Below are positions 9,296 to 18,733 of a stretch of DNA of 64,000 nucleotides, one piece after another. How positions within the stretch are numbered: the stretch's first letter is position 1; every line of letters begins with the position of its first letter. The position numbers were made by a program, and so were the translations under genes. The notes beneath the pieces were generated by a model, which searched no databases, was not told where the DNA came from, and worked only from the letters and a program-made list of their open reading frames with translations. This DNA comes from an uncultured Chitinophaga sp. (lineage in GTDB: Bacteria; Bacteroidota; Bacteroidia; Chitinophagales; LD1), in assembly GCA_964631835.1 (NCBI GenBank), contig CAZWAD010000021.1, positions 271 to 64,270 on the forward strand, written 5' to 3'.

Positions 9296-9937
9296 ATGCG
9301 CTCAAAAGTATCAGAATTGTTGGAAAAGATTAACCGGCTTGCCGGTTCTCCTGCTTTTCCGCAGGTTTCCGATTTGGAATTTGATTTACTCCTGCATCAC
9401 CTCCGAGAACTTTACAACGAATTGAATTCACTGAAAGACTCAAGCCTGGGAATAGTCCATCCGGCAGAAGTTGATAATAAAAATACTGATACAGAAGTTA
9501 CTCCACCCATAGTAGCGGAGGAAAAGAAGATATCGTTTACAGAAACCAAATTAACAAGAAAGTCAGAGGCAAATATTCCGCAAACCGGGGCAACGCCCAT
9601 TTCAAAAAAGACGATTAACGAGGTAATCCTCTCATCTGAATCGCTTCACACAAAACTTGCCGGTTCACCGTCTAAGGAAGTTCACCAGAAACTTTCATCA
9701 AAACCGCTGAAAGATTTGCTTGACCTAAATAAGCGCTTTGTAGTTATCAACGAATTGTTTAACGGAAATAAGGATGCTTTTTCCGCAGCTGTTCACCGAA
9801 TTGATTCATCGGTTGATTACGTTTCGGCCGACTTATATATCCGGGCGGAACTGATGACCGCTTATGCCTGGAACGAAACCTCGCCTGCGGTAGCTCTTTT
9901 TTTAAACCTGGTTAAGCAAAAGTTCGGGGAGGTCTGA
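9296..9937 (+). CDS. Hypothetical protein
   Basis: ORF 9272-9937; the first ATG is at 9296 (MRSKVSELLEK...). No motif recognised. Confidence 0.5.
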   Translation: MRSKVSELLEKINRLAGSPAFPQVSDLEFDLLLHHLRELYNELNSLKDSSLGIVHPAEVDNKNTDTEVTPPIVAEEKKISFTETKLTRKSEANIPQTGATPISKKTINEVILSSESLHTKLAGSPSKEVHQKLSSKPLKDLLDLNKRFVVINELFNGNKDAFSAAVHRIDSSVDYVSADLYIRAELMTAYAWNETSPAVALFLNLVKQKFGEV

Positions 9938-9940
9938 CCG

Positions 9941-12900
9941 CTATTCGCGGCATTTTAAAATCATCCCTCCTGCGTTGCCCGGCTTGGAGTGAAGCACTTT
10001 CGACATCAGGGGCTTTTTCCTTTTCAACTCATTCCGGTCGTTTGCCACATCGCCATCATAAATGTCAATGCGGAGTGTATTTAGCCCGTATTTGCCTTTG
10101 TTCCATGCTTTGGAAATAATGTAGTTTTCGCCACCTGAGTCTAAAACTAAAATCCTTTTAATCATCCCTTTTTCGGGAATGTGAATCATGTCGCGGTTTA
10201 CAATTACTTGTCCGTTGAAGATAATGGAGACCGTGTCATTATCTTCTTCCCCATCATCATAAATAAATGCGGTAACTAAACAACTGCTTATTTCTGCCTT
10301 ATGTTCGTAGCTTACTGAATCGGTTCCGAGGCTCAATGCTTCATCTATTTTTTCGGGCACTACGATTGGCTCACTGAAAACATCGTTTTTGATAATTACA
10401 CTATAGGTACACATTTGATAATTTCCCGATGGGTCAACCGCTCTGTATATAAAAGGATGAACGCCCACCTGTAGGAAGCATCCGCTCTTGGAGCCAACCA
10501 CCTGAATAAAACTGTCAATACCGCAGTTGTCGCGCACAGCCGGTTCGCGGTAATAGTAAACAATCCCTCTTCGGGTCACGGGTAAATGAATGGTGGTGTC
10601 TGCCGGGCAGTTATTGAACACCGGTGCCTCTTTATCTTTCGGGCAGGGCTTATGTGCCGATTTGTAGTTCTTCAGCGGAACGGCATCGGGCTTCATGTCT
10701 GCCGGTATGTTTTCGACCGGTATGGGAACCACCGGTGGGGGAGTTTTTTTCTTTTCCTCTTTTACCGGTTCGGGTTTCTTTTCTTTTCCGGCTGAGGGTG
10801 GAAAAAAAGGCTTCTCCGCTTCTTCCTTTTTTTCCTTGAACTCAGGGTTTTCTGCCGGTTTGTTTTCAGCGGGTTCCTTTTGCCTTGTTTCTTTTACTAC
10901 CGGTTGCTCAGGTAACTTCTTCTCCTCCGCCTTAGCTACTGCCGGCTGGACAGGTTTATCCGGCTGTTCAGTCTCCTTTACAACCGGTGGTTCTGGTGCC
11001 TTTTTCTCTTCGGTTTTTGGTCCAGCCGGTTTTCCCTTTATCTCAGGCTTTACTTCAGCGGTCTTTGTTGCAGTAACTGTTTTCTCTTCCTTTTTCATTT
11101 CAAGCGGGGGTGGCGCAGGCTTCTGAACTTCTTTTATAGCCTCTTTTACTTCCTCTTTTTTTACCACCACCGGAACCGGCTGTGCTTGTTCTTTCTCCTC
11201 TTGCTTTACTACCGGCAGCGGTTCAATTTTTTCCGGTTGTTTCGGCTTTTCTTCTTCCACAGTTATTATAAAACTGCACACACCCTTGTTGCCTGAAGCA
11301 TCTTGAGCCTCGTGCGTCACCACGGTAACGCCCACCGGAAAATCGCTACCACTCTTTAAACCTGAAACTAATTTAACGGGGAGCCCGATTCCATCGTCAT
11401 AAGCTACAGGAAGTACATAATTCAAAGGTGTTGATTTTTGTCCTGCCGGGGTTATGGCTTTAATATCAGCAGGGCAGGTGAGCACCGGTGAGGTGGTGTC
11501 GAGCACGGTAACCTTGAAGCTGCAAACGGTTTTGCCTGCAATGGAATCGTTCCATTCATATTCTATTTCAGTAACACCGATAGGAAACATGGAGCCGCTT
11601 GAAAGCCCTTTGGTGCGCGTCATGCGGATGGTTGTGCCTCTTATTTTCAAAAGCGGTTCATTGTAATTTACAGCAATATTGTATTTGCCGGGAGGAGAGT
11701 AAGCTACCTGGTCGTTGGTGCAGTGGTAAATGGTTTTGATGGTTTCTTTCAGGATTATTCTGATGCTGCATTCGGCTTTGTTGCCGGAGGCATCAGTGGC
11801 GATATACTGCACCATGGTATTGCCCACCGGAAACTCACCACCGCTCGGAGGACCAGATACCCGTTCCACCTTTACACCGGGGCAGTTATCGGTGGCAACC
11901 GGTATGGGGTAGTTTACGATGCCTGAGTTTTCGCCCTCGGGTGCACGCATGGTTACATCAGGCGGGCACTGAAACACGGGCGCCTGCTTATCGCTGATGG
12001 TTACGAAGAAACTGTCCACTACTTTTTTGCCGGTGGAGGTGGTAGCTTCGTAAGCAATTACATTTTTACCCGCATCGAACAGCGAGCCGCTGGGCAATCC
12101 TTTGATTTGTTTCAATTCGGTTTTCCCGCAGCCGGTAGTAACTGCAGGTTCGGCAAAAGCCACCACCGCAGAGCACTGTCCGGCATCGGCATTTTTCTGA
12201 ATATCATCGGGAAAGGTGATGGAAACTTGCTCACCGATCTTACCGGTTTGGTCATTGAACAGGTCTGTAATTTCGCTGAAGGACAAGCCCCTGCGGAAAA
12301 CGAATACATCGTCAAGACTGCCGCGGAAATATTTACCGGTGCTCAAATCGCGCCCTAATTCAAGCGCCAGGTTGTTTGCGGGCAGGGGCCTCATGCTTAC
12401 CCCTTGGCAAATTAACTGGTTGTTGAGGTACACGTAAACAAAGGTTCCATCGAGGGTGATGGCGAGGAAATACCACTTGTTGAACTCAATGGGGTGGGAG
12501 AGGTAAGATGGGTCCTGTACCCAAAAGTCGCTGCTCAGAAAAATATCGGCATAGCTGTTACCAAATGTTTTTTTGAGGCTGAGGCAGTATTGCGCTTTGG
12601 CACCGGTACCGGTTTCGGAGCCGGCTTTTGAAATAAGCGGAAGGGTTAAGTTGCTGCTGCCGGAGGGGTCTTTTTCGGCTTTGAACCAGGCGGCCAGGGT
12701 GATGGAGAAGGTTATGGCTTGCAGGCCGGTGGCGTTAGGCACCGAAACATAACCCGTGGTGCCATCGAAACGGAGGGCACCGCAGGCATTGCCGAAGCGG
12801 TCTTCGGCTATGGTAACTCCGCCTTTCACTACACCGTGGTTGCTACCGGTCTTATCGGCAGCGTTGCCGTTGAGCGGATAATGAGCCGCCAGCCCACCGG

Positions 12901-12985
12901 AGGGAGCCTGAGCCACCGGTTCTAATGCATGTAAAAAAAGAAAGGCCGCTGTTAAGTATCGTAACAAGTATTGCGCAGTTTTCAA
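9941..12985 (-). CDS. Large secreted LamG/HYR-domain protein with K/E/P-rich spacer
   Basis: Contains a concanavalin/LamG-like region (LSFSEITDLF context) and several HYR-like repeats (CPPDVTMRAPEGENSGIVNYPIPVATDNCPGV...). A low-complexity KEP linker of about 185 aa follows. The proposed TTG start at 12985 gives the signal peptide MKTAQYLLRYLTAAFLFLHALEPVAQA. The ATG of the ORF track (13186) adds 67 aa that look non-native. Confidence 0.8.
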   Translation of the reverse strand: MKTAQYLLRYLTAAFLFLHALEPVAQAPSGGLAAHYPLNGNAADKTGSNHGVVKGGVTIAEDRFGNACGALRFDGTTGYVSVPNATGLQAITFSITLAAWFKAEKDPSGSSNLTLPLISKAGSETGTGAKAQYCLSLKKTFGNSYADIFLSSDFWVQDPSYLSHPIEFNKWYFLAITLDGTFVYVYLNNQLICQGVSMRPLPANNLALELGRDLSTGKYFRGSLDDVFVFRRGLSFSEITDLFNDQTGKIGEQVSITFPDDIQKNADAGQCSAVVAFAEPAVTTGCGKTELKQIKGLPSGSLFDAGKNVIAYEATTSTGKKVVDSFFVTISDKQAPVFQCPPDVTMRAPEGENSGIVNYPIPVATDNCPGVKVERVSGPPSGGEFPVGNTMVQYIATDASGNKAECSIRIILKETIKTIYHCTNDQVAYSPPGKYNIAVNYNEPLLKIRGTTIRMTRTKGLSSGSMFPIGVTEIEYEWNDSIAGKTVCSFKVTVLDTTSPVLTCPADIKAITPAGQKSTPLNYVLPVAYDDGIGLPVKLVSGLKSGSDFPVGVTVVTHEAQDASGNKGVCSFIITVEEEKPKQPEKIEPLPVVKQEEKEQAQPVPVVVKKEEVKEAIKEVQKPAPPPLEMKKEEKTVTATKTAEVKPEIKGKPAGPKTEEKKAPEPPVVKETEQPDKPVQPAVAKAEEKKLPEQPVVKETRQKEPAENKPAENPEFKEKKEEAEKPFFPPSAGKEKKPEPVKEEKKKTPPPVVPIPVENIPADMKPDAVPLKNYKSAHKPCPKDKEAPVFNNCPADTTIHLPVTRRGIVYYYREPAVRDNCGIDSFIQVVGSKSGCFLQVGVHPFIYRAVDPSGNYQMCTYSVIIKNDVFSEPIVVPEKIDEALSLGTDSVSYEHKAEISSCLVTAFIYDDGEEDNDTVSIIFNGQVIVNRDMIHIPEKGMIKRILVLDSGGENYIISKAWNKGKYGLNTLRIDIYDGDVANDRNELKRKKPLMSKVLHSKPGNAGGMILKCRE

Positions 12986-13366
12986 GTGGGTAAACTTAAT
13001 ATATAACGCAGTTTTATGCCCCGGGTTTTTACTTACAATAGCCGCTTTGTATAATATGTAAGACGTTGGAGTGGAGTTTATCCTCACAAGTGCTGAGCAG
13101 GAGGACGCTGTCACCCTAAGCCTGCGGGAGCGTGAATGCAAGATGCTTCTTCTCCGTTCAGCAAAAAAGGAAAGGCACTGGCACATTGAACTTGTCGAAA
13201 TGTTATAATGGATGAATATAAGATGCTTTGGCTACGCTTTGCTCCGCTTAACTTGGCATGGGGCAAAAAATGAAGATTGCTGCAAGAACAAGAGCATACA
13301 TCTGCTAAAAAAACTTTTAGCATTCAACCCGCCATAGTGGGTTTATTATAAAAGAAAAGGGAGCGG

Positions 13367-13399
13367 AAAATAAAAAAGCGAGCCTTTCCGGGATTCGCT
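13367..13399 (-). terminator. Rho-independent terminator of CDS 13426-14031
   Basis: Minus strand: AGCGA...TCGCT hairpin followed by TTTTTTATTTT. Confidence 0.65.
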
Positions 13400-13425
13400 T
13401 TTTATAAGTGAACAGGTTACCCTGC

Positions 13426-14031
13426 TTATCTTAAAACAACAGTTGCGGTTTCTATGTCCGATTCCAGAACCGGGGTATGGTTAACAGCCGTTTGGGTTTC
13501 AATTAAGTTTCCGGTAAAAACTTTGGTGCTGCTTCCGAACTGTGAAGCGGGCGAAGCATTCATTACGTTGTTGATAAAGTAAATTCCGTTGGCTCCGGCA
13601 GCGTTGCCGCCAAAGTTGTTGAAGTTATTGCCGGTAACCACCTGGTTGTTGTTGTCAATAGTTCCTTTGTTGTCAATATCCATTACCGCTTCCAGGCTCA
13701 GGTTATTGCTGATGGTTCCTTCATTAATAATACGCTTCATTACGGTGTTGCCAAAGTTTACAAACTTGCCGGTTTTGGCAACTACCAAGTCTTTCATGCC
13801 AATCATTCCTGCGCCTTTTTCAACCTGCAGGGTTCCTTCCACCACAATTGAAGTATTCATGGTTATATTGCCGGTGATGATAACCACATCATCAGCCTTA
13901 ATAACCGAACCGATATACTGCCCGCCCCAAACCGAAGCATCGCTCCATTTGCCTGAGCCTACTACATAAGTTTTAGCATTTGCAGCGGTGAAGATGGCGA
14001 GGGTTGCGATAAGTGTGTAAAGTTTTTTCAT
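13426..14031 (-). CDS. Small secreted hypothetical protein (N/G-rich, beta-solenoid-like)
   Basis: 201 aa with signal peptide MKKLYTLIATLAIFTAANA. No family recognised. Confidence 0.65.
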   Translation of the reverse strand: MKKLYTLIATLAIFTAANAKTYVVGSGKWSDASVWGGQYIGSVIKADDVVIITGNITMNTSIVVEGTLQVEKGAGMIGMKDLVVAKTGKFVNFGNTVMKRIINEGTISNNLSLEAVMDIDNKGTIDNNNQVVTGNNFNNFGGNAAGANGIYFINNVMNASPASQFGSSTKVFTGNLIETQTAVNHTPVLESDIETATVVLR

Positions 14032-14300
14032 ACAGTGTTTTTATAGAAATATGGAATGGTTTACGCCTTCCACGTTGGGAAGTTGCAGGGTAAGGAGAAG
14101 TGTTTTACAGAGTAAAGAATGAGGAATACAAAGAGCCCTTTTTACGGTTGTTTCAGGTATCCTTCTGTTTATTTTTTTTACCCCTCTGTTCGGAGAGCAT
14201 CGCTTTTTGTTAATAATACATACCGCTTCCGAAAAAATAATTTCATCATTGCACAATAATTTATTAGCCCTGCGTTTAAGTTCAGTTACCACATAAAACC

Positions 14301-15350
14301 GTGAAAGAGATTACCGCGAAGGAATTAGCCGCTTTGCTGGATGCAAGGCTTGAAGGAGACCCCGAAACAAAAGTTTCCAAACTCGCCAAAATTGAAGAAG
14401 CTGACAAGGAATCGTTCTGTTTTCTCGGTAACCCCAGGTACTTTCATTACGCGCAAACAGCAAGTGCAGGTATTCTTCTATGTGATGAAACCTTAGACTA
14501 CAACCGGGCGAATATTTCAGCGGCCCTTCGGGTAAGGGAACCCTACCAGGCTTTTCAGAAATTGATGGAACTTTACGCCTCCATGAATGGCAGGGAAAAA
14601 ACATCGCAGATTGAAGAGTATTCGCACATAGGAAAAAACACTGTCTACGGCAGCAACTTCCATTTGGGGGCGTTCAGCTATGTGGGGGATAACGTAAAGA
14701 TTGGGAACAATGTAACCATTTACCCCAACTGCTATGTGGGCGATAATGCCGAAATAGGAGATGACACTATTCTTTATGCTAACGTATCGGTTTATTACGA
14801 TTGCAAAATTGGCAGCCGCAGTATTCTTCACTCAGGCGCGGTAGTTGGTTCCGATGGGTTCGGATTTGCCCCTCAGGCGGACGGGAGCTACAAAAAGATA
14901 CCTCAAACCGGCAACGTAGTTATCGGAAATGATGTGGAAATTGGCTCTAACACTTGTATAGACCGCGCAGTGATGGGTTCCACTCACATTCGCGATGGAG
15001 TAAAGCTCGATAACCTCATTCAGGTGGCTCACAATGTTGACATTGGCGAAAACACGGTGATTGCAGCGCAGGCGGGTATTTCGGGCTCCACCAAATTTGG
15101 CAAAAACGTGATGATAGGAGGGCAGGCCGGAATCACCGGTCACCTAAACATTGCCGATGGAGTAAAAATTCAGGCTCAGTCAGCTGTTATCCGCGATGTA
15201 ACCGAAAAAGGGAAAGGAATTTCAGGCGCACCGGCTACTGATGCGCGCGAACACTACCGCATACTTGCTTCCATGAAAATTCTTCCGCAGTTAATCCAGC
15301 GGGTAAAAGAACTGGAAAAGAAAATAGAAGAATGGAAAAACCAGTTGTAA
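14301..15350 (+). CDS. lpxD: UDP-3-O-(3-hydroxyacyl)glucosamine N-acyltransferase
   Basis: GTG start. Has the LpxD N-terminal domain followed by left-handed beta-helix hexapeptide repeats. Lies in an lpx gene cluster. Confidence 0.92.
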   Translation: MKEITAKELAALLDARLEGDPETKVSKLAKIEEADKESFCFLGNPRYFHYAQTASAGILLCDETLDYNRANISAALRVREPYQAFQKLMELYASMNGREKTSQIEEYSHIGKNTVYGSNFHLGAFSYVGDNVKIGNNVTIYPNCYVGDNAEIGDDTILYANVSVYYDCKIGSRSILHSGAVVGSDGFGFAPQADGSYKKIPQTGNVVIGNDVEIGSNTCIDRAVMGSTHIRDGVKLDNLIQVAHNVDIGENTVIAAQAGISGSTKFGKNVMIGGQAGITGHLNIADGVKIQAQSAVIRDVTEKGKGISGAPATDAREHYRILASMKILPQLIQRVKELEKKIEEWKNQL

Positions 15351-15353
15351 GGG

Positions 15354-16418
15354 ATGAAGAGAAAAATTACCCCCCTTCTGTTTAATATTTTTCTTGTTGC
15401 TTTTCTTCTCGAAATATCTCTTCGTTTCGTTCCTTTCTTAAAAACTTCTTCCGAAAAAAACGAAGGGAGGTATGTAAGCTACTACGGGGCGGTGAAAAAC
15501 TCGTGGTATCATACCTGGGTACCGAATTCAGATAACATCATCAGTGGAGGTAAAGAATTTTCTTATCCGTTTAAAGCCAACTCGCTTGGCTTAAGAGAAA
15601 AGGAGTTTACCCTGGAAAAACCCGATTCCGTTTTCCGAATTATAGTTCTGGGCGATTCGTATGCCGAAGGAGTAGGCACAGCATATGACAGCGCCTGGCC
15701 GCGGTTTCTGGAAAGACTAATCCAAAGTAAATACGGAAAAAACTTTGAGGTTATCAATGCCGGAGTATCCGGCAGCGACCCGTTTTATTCTTATACCTTA
15801 CTTCGCGATAAACTCATTCATTACTATCCCGATGCGGTTTTAGTGTCGATAAACACTTCCGATATCTACGATTTTATTTACCGGGGAGGTAAGGACAGAT
15901 TTCAACCCGATGGGACAACACATTACAGGAAAGGCCCCTGGTTTGAGCCCCTTTATCATTATAGTTATTTCGCCCGCGCTTCGTTGTATTTACTTGGATA
16001 CGGAAGAGGCCTGGTAAAAAGTTCGTCTATAAACCATTGGAACAGGGTCGCCACTGATTCTATTGCTTTAGTACTTTCAGACATAAAAAAAATTTGCGAT
16101 ACCAAAGGTATTTCCTTTGCTACTGTAATTCATTCTAACGGAGGCTTTTTAAAAACAGATTTTTTCAGCAGCATTCGGAAGTTTTTAGGTAATTCTATTC
16201 CCGACATTCAGATATTGGATAAGAAAGTAAGTTATGCAAACAACTTTGATATTACTCCCGAAATGCTTGATGTGATAAACGAAAAGAACAGTGATGAATA
16301 CATTTGGCATTCGAATTATCACTTTACCGGAAAAGGTTACGAACTGTTTTCCAATATTTTGTTTGAAAAAATCATTCAAACCGATTCGTTGTTTTTCCTG
16401 AAGAGAAATTCTGACTAA
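15354..16418 (+). CDS. SGNH/GDSL-family hydrolase, membrane-anchored
   Basis: N-terminal TM helix, block I IIVLGDSYAEGVG, and a later GVSGSDP block. Confidence 0.7.
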   Translation: MKRKITPLLFNIFLVAFLLEISLRFVPFLKTSSEKNEGRYVSYYGAVKNSWYHTWVPNSDNIISGGKEFSYPFKANSLGLREKEFTLEKPDSVFRIIVLGDSYAEGVGTAYDSAWPRFLERLIQSKYGKNFEVINAGVSGSDPFYSYTLLRDKLIHYYPDAVLVSINTSDIYDFIYRGGKDRFQPDGTTHYRKGPWFEPLYHYSYFARASLYLLGYGRGLVKSSSINHWNRVATDSIALVLSDIKKICDTKGISFATVIHSNGGFLKTDFFSSIRKFLGNSIPDIQILDKKVSYANNFDITPEMLDVINEKNSDEYIWHSNYHFTGKGYELFSNILFEKIIQTDSLFFLKRNSD

Positions 16419-16455
16419 CCCCAATTACCCGAGCATGAAAGATGTCTTAAAATTT

Positions 16456-16463
16456 TACATTTG
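16456..16463 (+). promoter_or_regulatory. Candidate -7 promoter box (TACATTTG) for lpxC/fabZ
   Basis: Exact TAnnTTTG match 22 nt upstream of the ATG at 16485. No clear -33 TTTG was seen. Confidence 0.35.
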
Positions 16464-16484
16464 TCGCCCTTTAAAAAATTGTAA

Positions 16485-17888
16485 ATGAATCATTCTTTAC
16501 AACAAACTATCAAGCGGGAGGTTGAACTCACCGGAGTAGGTTTACATACAGGAGAAAGCGTTACGGTAAAGTTCGTTCCGGCACCTCCCAATCATGGTAT
16601 CCGTTTTCAGCGGGTTGATTTGAACGATAAACCGGTTATACCTGCCGATTGCGACCTGGTAACCACCGTACAACGCGGTACTACCCTGGAAAAAGGACTT
16701 GCTTCTGTATCCACTGTAGAGCATGTAATGAGTTCTCTCATTGGTTTGCAAATAGATAACTGCTTAGTACAGGTAGATGGAATTGAAATACCTATCATGG
16801 ATGGCAGCGCCCGGTATTTTGTTGAAGCCCTGGAGAAAGCAGGTATCCAGGAACAGGGAGAGGAGCGCGATATATTTGAGCTAAGGCAGAATATTCATTA
16901 TGCCGACAAAGAAAGCGGGGTGGAGTATCTTGCCATGCCATCAAACCGGTATAAAGTTACCGCCCTCATTGATTACAAAAGCGAAGTGCTTGGGCAGCAG
17001 CACGCTACATTGGATAAAGTACATGATTTCAAAAGAGAAATCGCTCCGTCACGAACATTTTGCTTTTTACATGAGTTAGAAATGCTGTACGAAGCCGGCC
17101 TGATACGTGGAGGTGACTTGAATAATGCCATAATCGTAGTGGATAAGCCGGTAACTGAAGACGAGCGTGCCAAACTGGCTTCCCTTTTCAACAAACCTGA
17201 TATAAAAGTAGTTGAAGAAGGAATTCTTAATAATGTCGAACTACATCATCACAACGAACCGGCCCGCCATAAACTGCTGGATGTAATTGGTGATTTAGGA
17301 TTAATCGGTACACCGGTTAACGCTAACATTATTGCCACCAAACCCGGTCACAAACACAATGTAGAGTTCGCCAGAATTCTTAAAGCACATATCAGGCAGG
17401 AGAAAATGAAAGAGCCGGCTCCTGATTACAATCCCAATACCCCACCGGTATATGATTCCATGGGTATTGAAAAGATTCTTCCGCACCGCTATCCCTTTTT
17501 GTTGATTGATAAAATCATTTATTTGAACGATACCGAAGTGGTTGGAGTGAAAAATGTAACCTTTAACGAAGAATTTTTCCGCGGGCATTTTCCCGGTAAT
17601 CCTGTTATGCCCGGTGTTCTTCAGCTGGAAGCTATGGCTCAAACCGGTGGAATTTTAGTCCTTCACAAATTACCGGACCCGCAGAATTACGACACCTACT
17701 TTATCAAAATTGACAAGGTAAAATTCAAAAACAAAGTAGTGCCCGGTGATACGGTTCTGTTTAAAATGGAACTTCTTTCGCCTATGCGCAGGGGAATAAT
17801 TGAAATGCGCGGTACGGCTTATGTGGGAAATAAGTTAGTGAGCGAGGCCGAAATGATGGCCAAGATTCAGCGCAAAGAAGGGAAATAA
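16485..17888 (+). CDS. lpxC: Bifunctional UDP-3-O-acyl-GlcNAc deacetylase / 3-hydroxyacyl-ACP dehydratase (LpxC-FabZ fusion)
   Basis: 467 aa. The N-terminal two thirds are LpxC-like (TVEHVMSSL, HKLLDVIGDL). The C-terminal part is FabZ hot-dog-like (LPHRYPFLLIDKI, FFRGHFPGNPVMPGVL). This fusion is typical of Bacteroidota. Confidence 0.93.
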   Translation: MNHSLQQTIKREVELTGVGLHTGESVTVKFVPAPPNHGIRFQRVDLNDKPVIPADCDLVTTVQRGTTLEKGLASVSTVEHVMSSLIGLQIDNCLVQVDGIEIPIMDGSARYFVEALEKAGIQEQGEERDIFELRQNIHYADKESGVEYLAMPSNRYKVTALIDYKSEVLGQQHATLDKVHDFKREIAPSRTFCFLHELEMLYEAGLIRGGDLNNAIIVVDKPVTEDERAKLASLFNKPDIKVVEEGILNNVELHHHNEPARHKLLDVIGDLGLIGTPVNANIIATKPGHKHNVEFARILKAHIRQEKMKEPAPDYNPNTPPVYDSMGIEKILPHRYPFLLIDKIIYLNDTEVVGVKNVTFNEEFFRGHFPGNPVMPGVLQLEAMAQTGGILVLHKLPDPQNYDTYFIKIDKVKFKNKVVPGDTVLFKMELLSPMRRGIIEMRGTAYVGNKLVSEAEMMAKIQRKEGK

Positions 17889-18679
17889 TGAATCAACCCT
17901 ATTCGTACATCCATCCCCAAGCCGAAGTTGCCGATAACGTAGTTGTTGAGCCATTTGTTACCATTTCAAAAGATGTCTGCATAGGTGAGGGAACATGGAT
18001 TGGCCCTCACGTAACCATTATGGAAGGTGCGCGCATTGGAAAAAACTGCCGCATATTTCCGGGTGCGGTTATTTCCGCTATTCCTCAAGATTTAAAATAC
18101 AAGGGTGAAAAGAGTACCGTTGAAATTGGCAATAACGTTACTATACGCGAGTACGTTACAGTAAACAAGGGAACTGAAGTAGCTATGAAAACGGTTATCG
18201 GTAACAATACACTGTTGATGGCTTACGTTCATATAGCTCATGATTGTTTAATAGGCTCCAACTGTGTACTTGCTAACAATGCTAACCTCGCAGGGCATGT
18301 AGAAGTGGGCGACTTTACTATTCTCGGTGGCAGCACCAACTTTCAGCAGTTTGTAAAAATAGGAAGGCATGTGATTGTTTCGGGTGGATGTTTGGTGAAT
18401 AAAGATATTCCTCCATTTGTACGTGCCGCTCGCCATCCGACTACTTATGCGGGTGTGAATTCTATTGGCTTGCGCAGAAGAGGCTATACTACACAGCAGA
18501 TAAATCAGATTCTTGAAGTTTACCGCATACTTTACATCCGGGGCTATAATACCTCCACTGCCCTTAAATTGATTGAAGCCGATATTGAATCTTCGGCTGA
18601 AAAGGATGAGATAGTAACCTTTACCCGCGAAAGTGTTCGGGGAATAATGAAAGGCTTCAAAAGCTCAAGCGAAGAATAG
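17888..18679 (+). CDS. lpxA: Acyl-ACP--UDP-N-acetylglucosamine O-acyltransferase
   Basis: 263 aa with hexapeptide repeats and an LpxA C-terminal helical domain. Its start is directly adjacent to the lpxC/fabZ stop codon. Confidence 0.93.
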   Translation: MNQPYSYIHPQAEVADNVVVEPFVTISKDVCIGEGTWIGPHVTIMEGARIGKNCRIFPGAVISAIPQDLKYKGEKSTVEIGNNVTIREYVTVNKGTEVAMKTVIGNNTLLMAYVHIAHDCLIGSNCVLANNANLAGHVEVGDFTILGGSTNFQQFVKIGRHVIVSGGCLVNKDIPPFVRAARHPTTYAGVNSIGLRRRGYTTQQINQILEVYRILYIRGYNTSTALKLIEADIESSAEKDEIVTFTRESVRGIMKGFKSSSEE

Positions 18680-18733
18680 AACAGAAGTTCATCTCATTTT
18701 GTTTTGATTCCGGTGGAGTTAATTTAGCCCGAA

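Noticed and set aside
12986-13186. N-terminal 67-aa extension of the HYR protein from the ATG at 13186 (as in the ORF track).
   Set aside because: The extension (MCQCLSFFAERRRSILHSRSRRLRV...) is basic, Cys-rich and non-native looking. It overlaps the structured non-coding region. A TTG at 12985 yields a canonical signal peptide.
13245-13270. TACGCTTTGCT...TAA resembling a tmRNA tag-coding segment.
   Set aside because: There is no GGGGCTGA-type 5' end, no tRNA-like 3' domain (T arm or CCA context), and the predicted tag does not end in the usual ALAA.
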